Part shown: positions 27,203-40,785 of the stretch, one piece after another
Position numbering within the stretch: position 1 is the stretch's first letter
How the letters are laid out: each line of letters begins with the position of its first letter
NCBI GenBank assembly: GCA_035221665.1
Contig: CM069148.1
Coordinates: forward strand, 40,052,001 to 40,116,000
DNA: 64,000 nucleotides
Source: Okamejei kenojei
Lineage: Eukaryota
Reading direction: 5' to 3'
Made by a program: the position numbers and the translations under genes
The notes under the pieces: model-generated
What the model saw: only the letters and a program-made list of their open reading frames with translations
Told to the model about the DNA's origin: nothing
The model's database searches: none

Positions 27203-29434
27203 TTACACAGCAACCACACAAGTTATTTGTTACTTATGTAAGGCAACCCACACTAAATAATTTGATCAAATTCTCAATTTGCTTAAATTAGAAAATAATG
27301 CATGTTTGTTGCAATGGATCACTGCATTGCAGGAATGTATCATGGTCAGCTGTTGGAAGAACTAGTATACCAATGAAATCAAAGAAGAATGTGGAAGTAA
27401 CCTTGAAATCCATTAGCTAAATGAGTAGTGATGCTCTGGAACAAAATTAATTCACCATTTCAAATAATCACACTAGAATGAAACCTGTGCTACATAGGGT
27501 TAGTAATAGGATAAAATTATTATTTTTTTGTTGAACTGCTAAACAGTTTTAAACATCACACTCACATAAAAGCACTATGACCATCAAATGTCAGCATATT
27601 TGCTTGAGGAGCATGGTATGGTTTATGCCCACAGCACATGCAGAAATGAGCAAATTACTTTCAGCTACAAATATGCTCATTACACTCATTCAAGATCATT
27701 TCCCCCATTCCAGCAAAACATCCTGTGGGGATAAGGTTTTAAATCAGATATGAAACTAATGTGAACGGACATTTATGTTGTCTTACAGTATCCATATGCA
27801 GATGATGTAGATTTATAAAATCAAAATATATGTTAGAAATTTGAAATAAAACAAGAAAATGTTGGAAATGTTCATCATTGAGCAAACATTTTCCTTATCA
27901 CCGCCTTTTATATTGAATATCTTTTAACTCAATCATATCCTTCACATAAAATGTTGCTCTGGTAAACCTTGGTCTTTCTCTGTGGTGATTTTCATTAAAT
28001 TTACTTTCAAGGTTTGTTTAATGTCAATTTCCAACCATAGCAGTGAATAACTGATTTGTGCTTGATTTTCTTGACTTCAGGTGACAGACTCCACTCACAT
28101 CTATTATACAAGCTCAGTCATCCTCTACAACCTCAACATTTATTTCGTCCATTTCACCGACTTGTAGGACTATTCTTCTCATTTCATGTTACTGACTGGA
28201 AAGTAAAAATGGCTTTGACAAAATGTTCCTAGACCCAAACGTTAACCCTATTTTCCTATGTCTCTGTAAGAACCTCAAATTGCCAAATGTTTGTGAACTG
28301 GTTGAATGTAAATTTGCAGTATTTTACAATACTTGTGGGTGATCCTTGTGCTCTTGTCTGTGACTACATGTGACTAATTGATCTGGTAAACTTAATTATG
28401 GCAAACAGCTATTCAAAATACACGACTATACAAGACATGAAATCCTCAAGATGTTTTGGATCCATATCAATTTGTTTTACACCAGCACAAGGACATATTA
28501 AATTCTGTAAATACATGCTTATATAATTCATAAATGCCGTACTGGTCTTGACTGAAGATTGATGATCAATATTAATGTTACCGGAAAACCCTTTGATCTA
28601 ATGTAGGGATTTATATCTAAGTTGCTTGCTTGATTAACCACAAACATTCCCCCAGATTTTTTGCACTGAACTGTTCCAATATTTTTTCGTTACCCTGTTT
28701 CAAAAGTAGTATCATTTAGCCTCATGAAAATATTTTTGGCATGGCTAATACTATCCCTATTCTTATGTGACCAAAGGTGTAATGATTTGATATGCATTAT
28801 TCAGTGGTGATATTATGAGGGAAGATGGGTCGGGAAGGAGGATTGTTTTATCTTTTAATTATCTTACATTAATGCAGTTGTTGCGATTATTTCAAGTTTA
28901 AATTTCATTTCACTAGTTCAGTTAAAAGGAAATCAGTTTGTCTTGAAGATACTAATACAGCAAAAATGTATTTGTGGTGATATCAAGTACTTAAATTGAT
29001 ATTGTCATGTTCACAAATGCAAATTATTACCCCGAAGAATGAATATTTTTGAAGGTTGCAAGTGAATGTCTATAAGGATTCTTATTTTGCAGCCAGCATT
29101 ACTTTTGATCTGATAATTAACAGTCTCCTTTACCAATGATATCCCTTGTATCTTGTTATACAGTACTATTAAGATCTAGTTGTCCAAGCTGGCAGAAGAT
29201 GAGTGTGGAGGACTTCACGAGTGTGCAGCCAAGAAGGCTATTTGTTTCAAATGATAATAACTTATTGCTTCCCAAGTGAAATTACTGAGAAATGTTTTAT
29301 TTGAGTTGCTGTTTCCTCCCTATCTTAGTGGTGTCAGATACTATTGTGTGCCTAAACTAGCACCAGTCAGCAAACTCTGCATCCAGTATGACTCAGTTTT
29401 ACCAAAAAAGGCATGGGGGAGACTTTGGAAAGTA

Positions 29435-29638
29435 GGGGGTACACAAAAAGCTGGAGAAACTCAGCGGGTGCAGCAGCATCTAAGGAGCGAAGGAGATAGG
29501 CGACGTTTCGGGTCTGAAGAAGGGTCTCGACCCGAAACGTCGCCTATCTCCTTCGCTCCTTAGATGCTGCTGCACCCGCTGAGTTTCTCCAGCTTTTTGT
29601 GTACCCTCGATTCTCCAGCATCTGCAGTTCCTTCTTTA
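29435..29638. mobile_element. Young Penelope-derived foldback insert with minimal hammerhead ribozyme motif
   Basis: Perfect 78-bp inverted arms (29437-29514 and 29529-29606). CTGAAGA-AGGGTCTCGACCC-GAAAC-GTC at 29514-29541. 15-bp TSD agactttggaaagta at 29420-29434 and 29639-29653. Confidence 0.88.
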
Positions 29639-31110
29639 AGACTTTGGAAAGTAACCTGAATGATGCTGTGAAATTAGGTTACTGCAGTGAATGAACAATG
29701 GAACACAAATTACCCAGTAAGTGACATTGATCTGCAAAAATCATGGACTCAAGTGGTTTTGAAGGACAATGCAAACTGAAAGATATTGTTTTGAATGATA
29801 GCAAAGCATAACAATGTATAGCTTTGAACTCACAGACAGCTATTTATTGCTGCATGTGGCATACAAAAGGTATACTGATAAGAAGTAGTTGTACATTGCA
29901 AATCAAGGACTAAATATGATCGGGATATAGGAAGGGAAGGCAGATATACTCTGATAATATTTCATTTCCCACCAAGCAAAAGTCATAACGTCTCTTTGAA
30001 GCTGGACCAAGTTCAGATACAAAATGTTGTAAAGATTGTTGGCTTCATAATCGTCTCACTGCAGTTCCGAATTACATTATGCATACAAAGTTATTTTGAA
30101 GCATATTTATAATTTTTCATTTCGTTAATTTAAGGATCAGTCTCCAACTTTTTCTCATCTACATTAAGACTGGTAGAACAAGAAATGTCCTACAGAGGCA
30201 ACAGAGATGTTTACTACTCAGGCTGAGTAGAATCTATTCACATGCAGGAGTTTTGAGGGGATGTCAAGATGATGAGAAATAAAGAAATACAGATTTTGGG
30301 ATACATCCAGAAATGCTTCTGCAACAATTTTCTTTTATTTAAATTAGTACTTCAGCCCTCTCCATTGAATATTTGGATGCAAATCAAATCTGAGAAAAGT
30401 CTTTTGGTTTTGAAATAGAGTCTCTTGATTATCTGTTGTTTTTATAAATTGCAATGAGTATCAATTCAATGAAAAAAATATCTTTAATATGACTAATGTT
30501 CAGAATTGGGTTTAAAAACTTTGTAAAAGACCAATACTAAGTAACGACAGAAAATCACTGACTATCTCTTTAAGCAAACTCCTCCCTCCTTCCCCAAAAA
30601 TGTGTTATGTACATGCACCATTGTCAGGGTGGGCAGGCAGCAATCAGGAAAACTCAAATCTTCACATGGCTAGTTCAGAAGAAACTCTTCATTAATGGTA
30701 TCTTCCATCTGCCCTGTTGTTTGGTTAGTAATTACAAATATAAGTATAAATGGCTGAATTTTCACCTAGTGCCAAAAGGTAAAGGCAAGCACACCCTGAT
30801 ATGTTAAATTAAGTACAACCAACATTAAATATTAATGCAAATATAAATTTCCATTCTGGCTGTACTTGCACAACAGACAACAGACTTTTTCCTGTTTTTT
30901 ACACAACTGAAGACTTATGACCATTTTACTTAAACTGATCTCATCACCTGTGACCTTCAATCCACTTTTCTTAAAGATGGAAATAGTAAGAACTGTAAAA
31001 CTGTTCCAGTATATTCCCCAGTAAACTGAAGATCATTCCCTGCAGGTTCAATATAGCATTTGGCAGTTCAGATAATAACAGATGTTTTTTTTCTTTTTAC
31101 ATACATAGAG

Positions 31111-31274
31111 ACAGTGTGTATGCATGTGTGTGTGTGTGTGCGTCTGTATGTATCAATGCGCATGTATGTGTGCATATGTGCTTGTTCATGTGTGTGTGAA
31201 TGCAAGTGTGTATGCATGCGTGTATGTGTTTGTACACATATATAATATATATTTGCATTTATATATATATATAT
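31111..31274. repeat. Degenerate (TG)n/(TA)n microsatellite in the putative PHF21A 3'UTR
   Basis: Directly visible; it explains the MCVCVC/THTH ORFs in the track. Confidence 0.9.
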
Positions 31275-31396
31275 CTGCTCAATTTCTAACATTTTGTTTA
31301 CTATAAATCACCTCGTTAGGAAACAAAAGCACTCAACAATTTTCTTGATCTAATTTCGGTAACACTAGGAAGACCTGAATATTTCCCAAAGCTTAA

Positions 31397-31417
31397 CCCC
31401 CCCCCCCCCCCCCCCCC
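31397..31417. repeat. Poly-C run (poly-G in PHF21A sense)
   Basis: About 21 consecutive C. Confidence 0.9.
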
Positions 31418-32132
31418 AAATCTCAGGACAAATTCAGTCTGCCCACCTTTTGTTTTCCAGTGCCTAGGACACCGAAACAACTATTTGTACAATTAACAAC
31501 CACCTGACATTTTAAAACAAAATTAAAAAGAAACACTCTTCATCATAAGCCATGCATGGTTTTGGTGCCATCACCTACCCTCCCAATAATAAATATCCAT
31601 TTGTGTTTTTTTGCATTTAAAAACAAAATAGGAATATCATTGTACTCTGTGCTGTGCCCATAACACAATGTACCTGTCTCTCTGTACTTCTGATTCAGCC
31701 TTTGCTACTTCAGTTACAGTCAGTGATTAGGACCATCATGTTCTCGTGCCTTTCAACCTTTGCTTCCTGTACTATATTTCCCCCTATCATGTTGCATTGC
31801 ATGAAATATGTTATTCTGCTCAAGTAGTCCCGGACTCGAAAATCATGAAAACGTATTCCATGACCAGGGCAGCTCGTTAAGTCATCACGATTGTTTTCTA
31901 TCTGTATCCCTGAAGAGTAGACAACTAAAAACCAAACTGGTGGCAGCAGGCACACACTGGTATTTCACTTGGCTTGACGCTGGTTCTTACCAAGCTGGCA
32001 CTCCCAATGTGGATCTATAAGAACACAATCCAGCACAGAATTATCTTTCAATTGGCAAGTCAGGAACAGCCTGTCACAATTTTGTTCCCAGAAAGGTTTA
32101 TATGTTCTACAGTATCTAGCCCTTTCTTTCAG

Positions 32133-32351
32133 CTACTTGGTGTCTAAATTACTGTCACAGTTCACTGGTGAAGGTTCAATGGTGGGAGAGTTCATATAGT
32201 CTGTGGGGTTGTTGACTGCCTCATCTGTTGGTGTTGCATTTTTTGTGAGCTGTATACCCTGGATCAGGAGTATCAGCTGTTTTACTTTCTCCAACGAGGA
32301 CTGCATATCCTTTTGTCGAGCGAGCAATGTATTCTTAGTCTCCATACATTT
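32133..32351 (-). CDS. PHF21A: PHF21A last coding exon
   Basis: tttcttTAG| [35 protein letters not shown]...NLDTK*. Matches the recalled PHF21A C-terminus ([27 protein letters not shown]). Confidence 0.92.
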   Translation of the reverse strand, partial: [72 protein letters not shown]

Positions 32352-33284
32352 CTAAAGAAAAAGAAAAATCTCTTTTAGTGTGTCAGTTATGGATTGTACT
32401 GAAAGACGCATTTGATTCCATTTACATTCCCCATGTATATTTTTAATTTCCAATCATATACTTTGGAGTCCACCTTTGTTCTTTTACCAACAACTCCCAT
32501 GGTATCAAATGTAAATCAATGTTATGAATCCTAAGTTTACAATGCATGTTCAGAGCTTGGCGATCATAAGTAAAGCTTATGGACTACTTGATTAATCCAC
32601 AGAGATATAGGTAAAAAATTAATAAAAAGAGTCAGAATATTGTGTATATCCTTAAGCTCCACCTTGAAAAAGGATAAAGTTGGAATACAGCACATCCAGT
32701 GCAGATTCACCTTGATGCTGGTTAGGCCGGGTAAATACAGACATTTAAGATGTTGTAAGAGAGAATGTTGTTGAGGTGACGTTACTGTAAATTTTTGTAA
32801 TGAAGTCAGATAACTAATTTGTTCATTTCTATAAATCCAGACTGAAATAGTAATGCAAAGATGATTAAGTTACTCAAAGCCTACTGTCTATGAATATATT
32901 CTTCCATTCAAAGTTAAAATAATTACTTTGATCTTCATTGAGGACTATTCCAAAAACATTCTCTTACATGTTTCTTTACATTCTGTACATAGTACCTGTA
33001 TAATTTTTTAAAATTATAATGAGGGTATCATTGGCTAGGCCAACACAATGCTCATCCCGAACTATTCTTGCTCAGGTGCCAATTACTTTCTTGAAATGCT
33101 GTGGCTCTTCTGTTGAAGTCATCTGCTGGATAGGGAGTACCAGGATTTAGACCCAGCGATGAAAAAATTAAGTAAACCTTCATTATAACGGAGCATGGCA
33201 GGGAGGAGGGGGGGGGGGGGGGTTATGATGTCCGTTATTGCTGATTATCCTTTATAACCGAGTAAGGTATTATCATTGTATATA

Positions 33285-33445
33285 AGTGAAACAAAGAACT
33301 GCAGATGATGGTTAAAACACAAAAGAACACAGAATGCTGGAGTAACTCAGCGGGTCAGGCAGCATCTCAGGAGAACATTGATGGGTGACGTAGGGACCTT
33401 TCTTTAGGATTCAGTCTGCTCAGCTACTTCAGCACTTTGTGTCGT
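33285..33445. mobile_element. Penelope-derived foldback remnant
   Basis: aagaactgcagatg...gctggagtaactcagcgggtcaggcagcatct, with a partial inverted copy at 33415-33445. Confidence 0.7.
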
Positions 33446-34775
33446 TTCACTTTAAAACTAGGCGCTGATGCCACAGGTCTGCACCAACAAGCCCGTCTTC
33501 ACCCACCGCAGTCTGATAATGCGGCTCACGCTGTAGCCCCTGTCCAGAAGTGCCTTTTCAGGCTGCTCCCAACAACAAGAACCGCTCAGTCACCGTAGGG
33601 CTCCCTCCCCTCTTATCTGCAGTCCCTTCCAAGGTAGAATATGTCGGCAACTTTGGGGGCGGAGGAGATGGTGGTGGGAGTGGGGGGAAGAGGCCGAGTG
33701 GACAGAGGGACGGGAGAAGCAAGAGGCGGTGACGGTCCAGCAGACAAAGCAGGAAGTAACAGTGGCAGATGGTGGGTGGGTGACCAAGCGCACCGTATTG
33801 AGGGTGGCGGCACCAGCACTGAAGAGACTGGATATTTGGGACACTGTGTCAATCAATCAAGTTATTTGGTCGGCTAGAAACAAGCTCTGAGTATTATTAC
33901 AATTGCTCTCATCCAGACAAGTGAATAACATTCCACTTGAATCCTGATTTGCGTTTGGCAAAAAGGTTTTGGGAGTCAGGTTGTCAAAGAATTCCCAACT
34001 TTAGACCAGCTTTTGTAGCCACAGTACTTATGTAGCTGGCAATGTTTCTGGTCAGCAGTAATCCCTAAAATGGTGATAGCATTCAACTCAGTAATGACAA
34101 GGCGACTCAGCGGGTCAGGCAGCATCTCTGGAGGAAAAGGATAGGTGACGTCTTTTCTTGCCTGATTCGCCCTATCATTTCCTGTCTTCAACTGATTAGT
34201 CCTGATTTTTTCACACCTGCAGCCTGATCAGTCCTAGCCTTTTCTCACCTCCAGCTCTTCTCCCCCACCCCCTACTTTCAGTCCTGACACAAAACATCAT
34301 CTATCTATCTACCTATCTATCTATCCAAGCATCCAACTCATCTGATGAAATACCATCAGTTCCAGATGAAGGATCTACACTCTAAACATCAACTGTCCGA
34401 ATAGCTCCACAGATGCTTCCTTGCCTACTGTGTTCCTCCAGTAGCTCTCCTTTTTTTTTGCTATCAGTTCCAAGTTGCTGGGGGCATGGAGTAAATAGAT
34501 TTTTTTCTCATGTACTAAACTGACACAAGGATTAAAATGCTGGAGCTTAAAATGGTTGTGAATGAGATAAATGAAGATTTCTTCTGTCCTTCTTCATTAC
34601 TTCCACATCAAGAAAAACCTCCATTAAATAATAGATCCCATAATTTTGTTTTCAAAATCTGGTCCCCAAGTATAAAGAACATTTTTATTTTTGCTACATT
34701 TCAGTGAATTTTAGGATTATGGTTACAAGTTTATGCCGGGCAACCTGCTGTTATCTTTGGAGCTTTGTTACTCAC

Positions 34776-34879
34776 CGTTATAGAATTACTCAGTTGTTTA
34801 ACTTTATGTTCCAACTGTTCTCGCTCCTGCTTTAGTTCTGCACTCCATTTTAACAACTTTAGTTTTTCTTCTTCTTTTG
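34776..34879 (-). CDS. PHF21A: PHF21A coiled-coil exon
   Basis: cctcAG|...|GTgag, phase 1-0. Encodes (A)[34 protein letters not shown]. Confidence 0.93.
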
Positions 34880-35778
34880 CTGAGGAAAAGAGAAAATAAA
34901 ATTTCAGAAGCTACAGAACATGCAATTCAATTTCTCAGATTTCACAATACAAATTGTCCAAGAATACCTTGCTGTTGAAAAACGGGACAATTGCAGAAGA
35001 ATGTATTCAATTGAATTGCCACATAATCCTAAAATCTTAAACCATAATGTTGCACTCTTTTCAATCTCATTCGAAGTTAGCTTGTCCTTTGGCTTTTGAA
35101 TACTTCTGACAATGCATTAATTTCACCGTGAGAATGAAGGAGATAACACTAAATATCTGTTCGGTGACAAACCCAGCTGGGATTTTACAAATATTTTAAC
35201 TTTAAATGAAAGCTCCCCTTCACAAAAACTTGCCAAAATCAGCATAAAAGTAGCTAAAATCATGCTAGCCATTCTGGGAAGAAGCAATCAACATTCATGC
35301 TGCCGCAGGCACAAACGTACCATCGAGATGGAAGGATATGTGGGAAGAATCCAATACAGGGAATAAATACCTAATCACGGATTCCACAGCAGAGGTCCTG
35401 GATTCAACCTCCCAAAAGGACAGCCCTCAACAGAATCTGTCCAGACCAGAGACAATGCGACCAAATGCTCCACTAGTGCTAGTTGCTGGATTATCCAAAG
35501 TATACACAATGGGAGACATGACAACAAACTCTTTAATAAAGTTATGTTGCAAGGCATCTTATATTTCCATATGGCATCTCAGGAAGCAGTTAATTAGATT
35601 GGCATATTGGCCATCTGAATGCAATGTTTTTTTCTTTATATGAAAGAAAAATGGAACAATGAATCCTGGCCAGAAACAAAGCATGGCAATATGTTTTACC
35701 ATTAATGTCTGCTTATAATTTCTTGCAATATCAACCATGCTACCTCTCGAGTAGCCAAAATGATTTACCTAACAAGTT

Positions 35779-36707
35779 AATAGACAATAGACAATAGGTG
35801 CAGGAGTAGGACATTTGGCCCTTCGAGCCAGCACTGCCATTCACTGTGATCATGGCTGATCATCCCCAATCAGTACCCCGTTCCTGCCTTCTCCCCACAT
35901 CCCCTAACTCCGCTATTTTTAAGAGCCCTATCTAGCTCTCTCTTGAAAGCATCCAGAGAACCTGCCTCCACCGCCCTCTGAGGTAGAGAATTCCACACTC
36001 ATCACTCTCTGTGAGAAAAAGTGTTTCCTCGTCTCCGTTCTAAATGGCTTACTCCTTATTCTTAAACTGTGAACCCTAGTTCTGGACTCCCCCAACATCG
36101 GGAATATGTTTCCTGCCTCTAGTGTGTCCAAGCCCTTAACAATCTTATATGTTTCAATGAGATATCCTCTCATCCTTCTAAACTCCAGAGTGTACAAGCC
36201 CAGCTGCTCCATTCTCTCAGCATATGACAGTCCCGCCATCCTGGGAATTAACCTTGTAAACCTACGCTGCACTCCCTCAATAGCACAAATGTCCTTCCTC
36301 AAATTAGGGGACCAAAACTGCACACAATACTCCAGGTGTGGTCTCACTAGGGCTCTGTACAACTGCAGAAGGACCTCTTTGCTCCTATATTTGATTCCTC
36401 TTGTTATAAAGGCCAACATGCCATTTGCTTTCTTCACTGCCTGCTGTACCTGCATGCTTACTTTAATAGACTGATGTACAAGGACCCGCAGATCCCATTG
36501 TACTTCCCCTTTTCCCAACTTGCCACCATTTAGATAGTAATCTGCCTTCCTGTTTTTGCTACCAAAGTGGATAACCTCACATTTATCCGCATTAAACTTC
36601 ATCTGCCATGCATCTGCCCACTCGCCCAACCTGTCCAAGTCACCCTGCATTCTCATAGCATCCTCCTCACAGTTCACACTGCCACCCAGCTTTGCGTCAT
36701 CTGCAAA
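35779..36707 (-). mobile_element. 5'-truncated CR1 LINE (RT C-terminus and 3' tail)
   Basis: ORF 35928-36677 with WQMKFNADKC, LYRALVRPHLEYCVQFWSP and RRMRGYLIE. FADD motif at ~36695-36707. Short tandem tail (caataga)n at 35779-35796. Confidence 0.92.
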
Positions 36708-36915
36708 TATAATCTTGTGTACACATAAACAGGTATTTCAGATGATGCTAAGGAAATGAAGGTTTCATTCAATTCTTAAAAGAACCTTTCTCTCACAATA
36801 AATATTTAGTGAATGTTTCACAGGGGAAATAGGATCACTGTAACATAAGATTGACTTGACACATATTAAAGAGATAATATGTCATACAAAAGAACTCAAA
36901 ATGACAAACTCTTAC

Positions 36916-36991
36916 CAGCCTTGTAGGCAATATAAGAATGAACGATTGCTAATGTCCCAGGCCATGGGATTGCTTCTTCCTTTTTCAGAAT
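36916..36991 (-). CDS. PHF21A: PHF21A exon after the PHD finger
   Basis: ttttTAG|...|GTaag, phase 0-1. Encodes [25 protein letters not shown]. Confidence 0.94.
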
Positions 36992-37852
36992 CTAAAAACA
37001 GAACATTTTTAGCAGTGATGGACAGAACATGTTACATGCTGGAGGTCTTTTTCGCAGAGGTATTGAAGACTGTAAATAATTTGCAATTTACATGAGTGAC
37101 ATGAAAGGTCTTGCCTTCAGGCAAAGGCTGCTAAATCCGTAAAGTACCGAGGTAGATTTATCTTTTGTATTATCTTTCACTTGGCATTAAAGGGAATACT
37201 ATTTGCAATATATTGAAAGGGAATTAAATCCACAGCACCATCCAAATCATGTTGAGGTATGAACATAAAAAATGGATGGCCAATGAAACGAATAAAAGTT
37301 CTTATTGTGCAGATATTCTCAGATAAGGTGCAATTTCAGATTTCGACAACTGTCCCTAATCATATTATCGCCTATACTATGAAACTAATTCTTTCACTGC
37401 AGACTATTTATACGTGGAACACTCTCCAGGAAGAATTGGCAATTTGATCACAAGTTCTAAATTAGAGCTAGATTTAGATTACAGTATAACATATCCATAA
37501 CAGCTGGGTGACAAAAAAGCAAATGTTCAGCTTTATAGACAAATGAGAAAAATTATCCTATTTTCATTGATATTGTACAAATTATGTAACTTGCTAACTA
37601 TTTAGGTTCACTACCAACCAGAGAACTCTACCAGACCACTGTATGTGGTCTGGTAGAGTTGACTACTGATAATTTTTAAGCTAATTGTCCTAAATTATAC
37701 ATCTATGTGTATACCCTGGAGTGATTGAGACATTGAGTAATAAACGAAAATTAAAAAAAGCAAATCCCACCAAATAGTTACAGAAATAAACCCTAAGACT
37801 ACCAGTATCATATTAGACAAAATTAAGCCTAAGGCACTGTCCAAGCCCACAC

Positions 37853-38008
37853 CTGCTCCTGACATTTAGGACAAATCCACATTCCTTTGGGAATGGCTTT
37901 TAATGGCGGGTCCAGGCACTCCAGGTGATACACACGAGAACAAGTGTCACACATCAGCAGCTGTCCACTACGTCGACACACAGAGCAGAAATCCTCATGG
38001 ATGTCACC
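37853..38008 (-). CDS. PHF21A: PHF21A PHD finger exon (H3K4me0 reader)
   Basis: gatAG|...|GTgtg, phase 0-0. Encodes [52 protein letters not shown], a C4HC3 PHD finger. Confidence 0.96.
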
Positions 38009-38857
38009 CTATCAAAAAACAAAGTTAAATAATCATACACAATTTAAGGTATAACTCTGGGTTTTAATTTTTACTTTTGCTAAGATTATTTAAGTGACCC
38101 CCAATGTGGGAGGCACATATCAAAGAAAAAAAGATAGCCTACCACTAGAACATCCATACCACTGGGAACCCTGCCCGTGAGAACCAAGTTTAGGTGTTCC
38201 ACTAGAACCTATCTTAACCTAATTTGTGCTATGTCCTAAAATGGAAGGAAAAATTGGGTTGAGTAGCAAAAATCCTAAACGGTACAGATAAAACCCTGCT
38301 AGTGATTTTTTAACCAAGGAGTACAAGTGCCACTCTTGGAAATGCCAGAGGGCATTTCCTTACTTATTCCTCTTCTTTTTACTTATTTAGAGTTATTGCA
38401 GCTAGAAGTACAACTCTGTATAAGCTGTTCAAAGAATAAAAGGTAAGTTTGAAGCAAGCTTTTACAGTTATTGTACTGATATCTGACAAATACAATGCAC
38501 ACTGTATCGTGTTTTTTTTTTTAAAAGGTGAAAAATTAAATGAATGAATGAAAAATGATTAAATAAATTCAACAAAGGTAGCTGTGATTAGTTGCACTGT
38601 GGACAGGCAATCAATAGAATTAGAGGTTTTCCACAAATAAGTCAATCGGTTTCTCTTTTTCTTCATATGCCAATTGGAACATGTCTTTAGCATTCTACTG
38701 CATTCCTCTGCTAACATTGCTGACAGCATTTTCCAGTCCAAAGAAGGCTGAGGTGGTGCTTTTAGTTTTGAATCCTAGTCATCTTTGAAATCAAATCTCT
38801 CTTCGGCTTCATTGCTTTGAGAGAGAACATACATTTGAAGTAAATAAATACACTCAC

Positions 38858-38965
38858 AGACAAGGTTGTGTTTTTTGTGATGTTTTCAACGTTGTTTGCC
38901 TCATCTTGCAGCTTGCTGACAGGGCCCCTTTGTAAAGTAGCCGTTGTGGCTAAATAGGGCAAACC
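38858..38965 (-). CDS. Candidate extra in-frame PHF21A cassette exon (36 aa)
   Basis: Pyrimidine-rich acceptor (ttttctttactttaaaccatctttaacTAG) and donor tct|GTGAGT. 108 nt, phase 0-0, no stop: GLPYLATTATLQRGPVSKLQDEANNVENITKNTTLS. No homology recognised. Confidence 0.4.
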
Positions 38966-40417
38966 CTAGTTAAAGATGGTTTAAAGTAAAGAAAAATAAA
39001 ATAAATTTGCAATTGTCCATTTATGGCCTTACATGTTAACCCATCTAGTTTCTTCTACATTCTCTGTGTGACGTTCCAAAAATACAGCGCAGCAGTGGTC
39101 AGATTCAGAATCTGTAAAAACAGATTCTCATACACAGCTGATAGGAATTTTCACACATTGTTGTCAAATTTTCAGAAAGATTATTCACTTCTTATTGAGC
39201 ACACACAAAACTCGGGTTCAGATCCAGTATAGTAACTAAATTTTAATCGACATTTGAAACTGAAAGCTTGACCAGTTAATCCTAAATGTGTATAATATTT
39301 CAATATGGATAACATTATGAGAATGGAGATCAGTAATTAATATTCAAATTGTAATATAATAACGTTAAAAAGTGCAGTTCATTCATACCCACAAGCCACA
39401 TATCTTCAATGATATCATGGTTTTAAATCATTGAAAGCTTCCTGTTTTGTTGTACAACTTTATACAATCAGATGACACTAAAACTGATGATGGAGTGGAC
39501 AGTGATGAAGGTTATCTAAGATTACAACAGGATATAGATCAACTAAGAAAGGGGACAAGAGAATGGCAGATGGAATTTAACTCAGATATGGAATTAATGC
39601 AGGCAAGTAGGATTAGTATAGCCTGATGGTCAGTGGGACTTGTTTCTTAGTGGGACTTATGTTGTGCAACTCTAGGTCTTTAAACTATTTTTCATTGACA
39701 AGAGTTCTACTTCAGACGTTTCTTAATAATATAGTTGACTCTCTATATTTTGCATCAACAGATTTCTTAGTGATGTTTTTCACCAATGTAACATCTGCCT
39801 GAAGTAAATTACAATGTGTTGGAATAACATCAGTTCAACCACATTCCCCACATTGCAATTTCCACACAATGGCCAAATGATTTTCCCAGTACATACAACT
39901 GATGATTAATTCTCTAGGCATTAACCACAGTTCACAAAGCATTGACAAAAGCCAACGTGTTCACCAATGAATTATCATGAAATATCAAGTGGCTAATTAA
40001 TTTGAAAACATTGAAGTTTATGAGCACCAGTAAATCAAAATTCTATGCAGCAGAGTTAGTGAACCTTACTCCAGACTTCAAAACCGGGGGAGGGGGGAGA
40101 AATTTTCAACTCACCTTGGCAACGATGTCAATGATGGGATGGGGAAGGAAATATTATTTGACTGCGACCCATAAACAAGTATATTTAGGTGAGGAATAGC
40201 TATACATAGTTTGCTCCAATATGCTTTAGCTTTTAAAAGTTACTAATCACTATGAATACATTAATGCCATCTTTGAACTAAAATTCATACTGTTGAACAA
40301 CATTGTGGAAATTGGGTGAGGCCATTCAAAACCATATTCAGTCCTTACACCTGAAAGCAGTTTCATTCTCTGTAATGGGCTAGATTTAAAGCAGTAGAAC
40401 CTTTATATCACTACGTT

Positions 40418-40452
40418 ATAATAATAATAATAATAATGCATAATAATAATAA
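40418..40452. repeat. (AAT)n microsatellite
   Basis: Directly visible. Confidence 0.85.
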
Positions 40453-40785
40453 AATATAGTCCATTCTGTTAATAACATGAACGCATTCTCCAAAACATCA
40501 AAAATCTAGACAAGACAACCACAGTTGCAATATATGATTCACTTTGCATTGCTTATAATAATCATGTGTTGTAGGGTAGAGCTGGTGGCTTTGTTTAGTA
40601 ACTGCATACATAGAAGAGATGTGGAAAATAATGCGGCTGAAGGAAATGGAGGGGTTGGGGAAGCTAAAGTTTTAGTTCAAGTTTTTGTTATTCCAATTTT
40701 ATACACCATCATCCATGATAAAAGATTACATAAGTTGTCAAAATTAATATTCTGGCTTAGTAACCCTGTGAAGTTTGTAACTTAC

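Noticed and set aside
33460-33880. GC-rich stretch with overlapping short ORFs as a gene or CpG-island promoter
   Set aside because: Lies in the last PHF21A intron among repeat fragments and has no recognisable protein; probably a transposon interior.
38559-38818. Additional coding exon after the 108-nt candidate
   Set aside because: Only ~40 nt from the candidate donor, early stops in all frames, no convincing donor.
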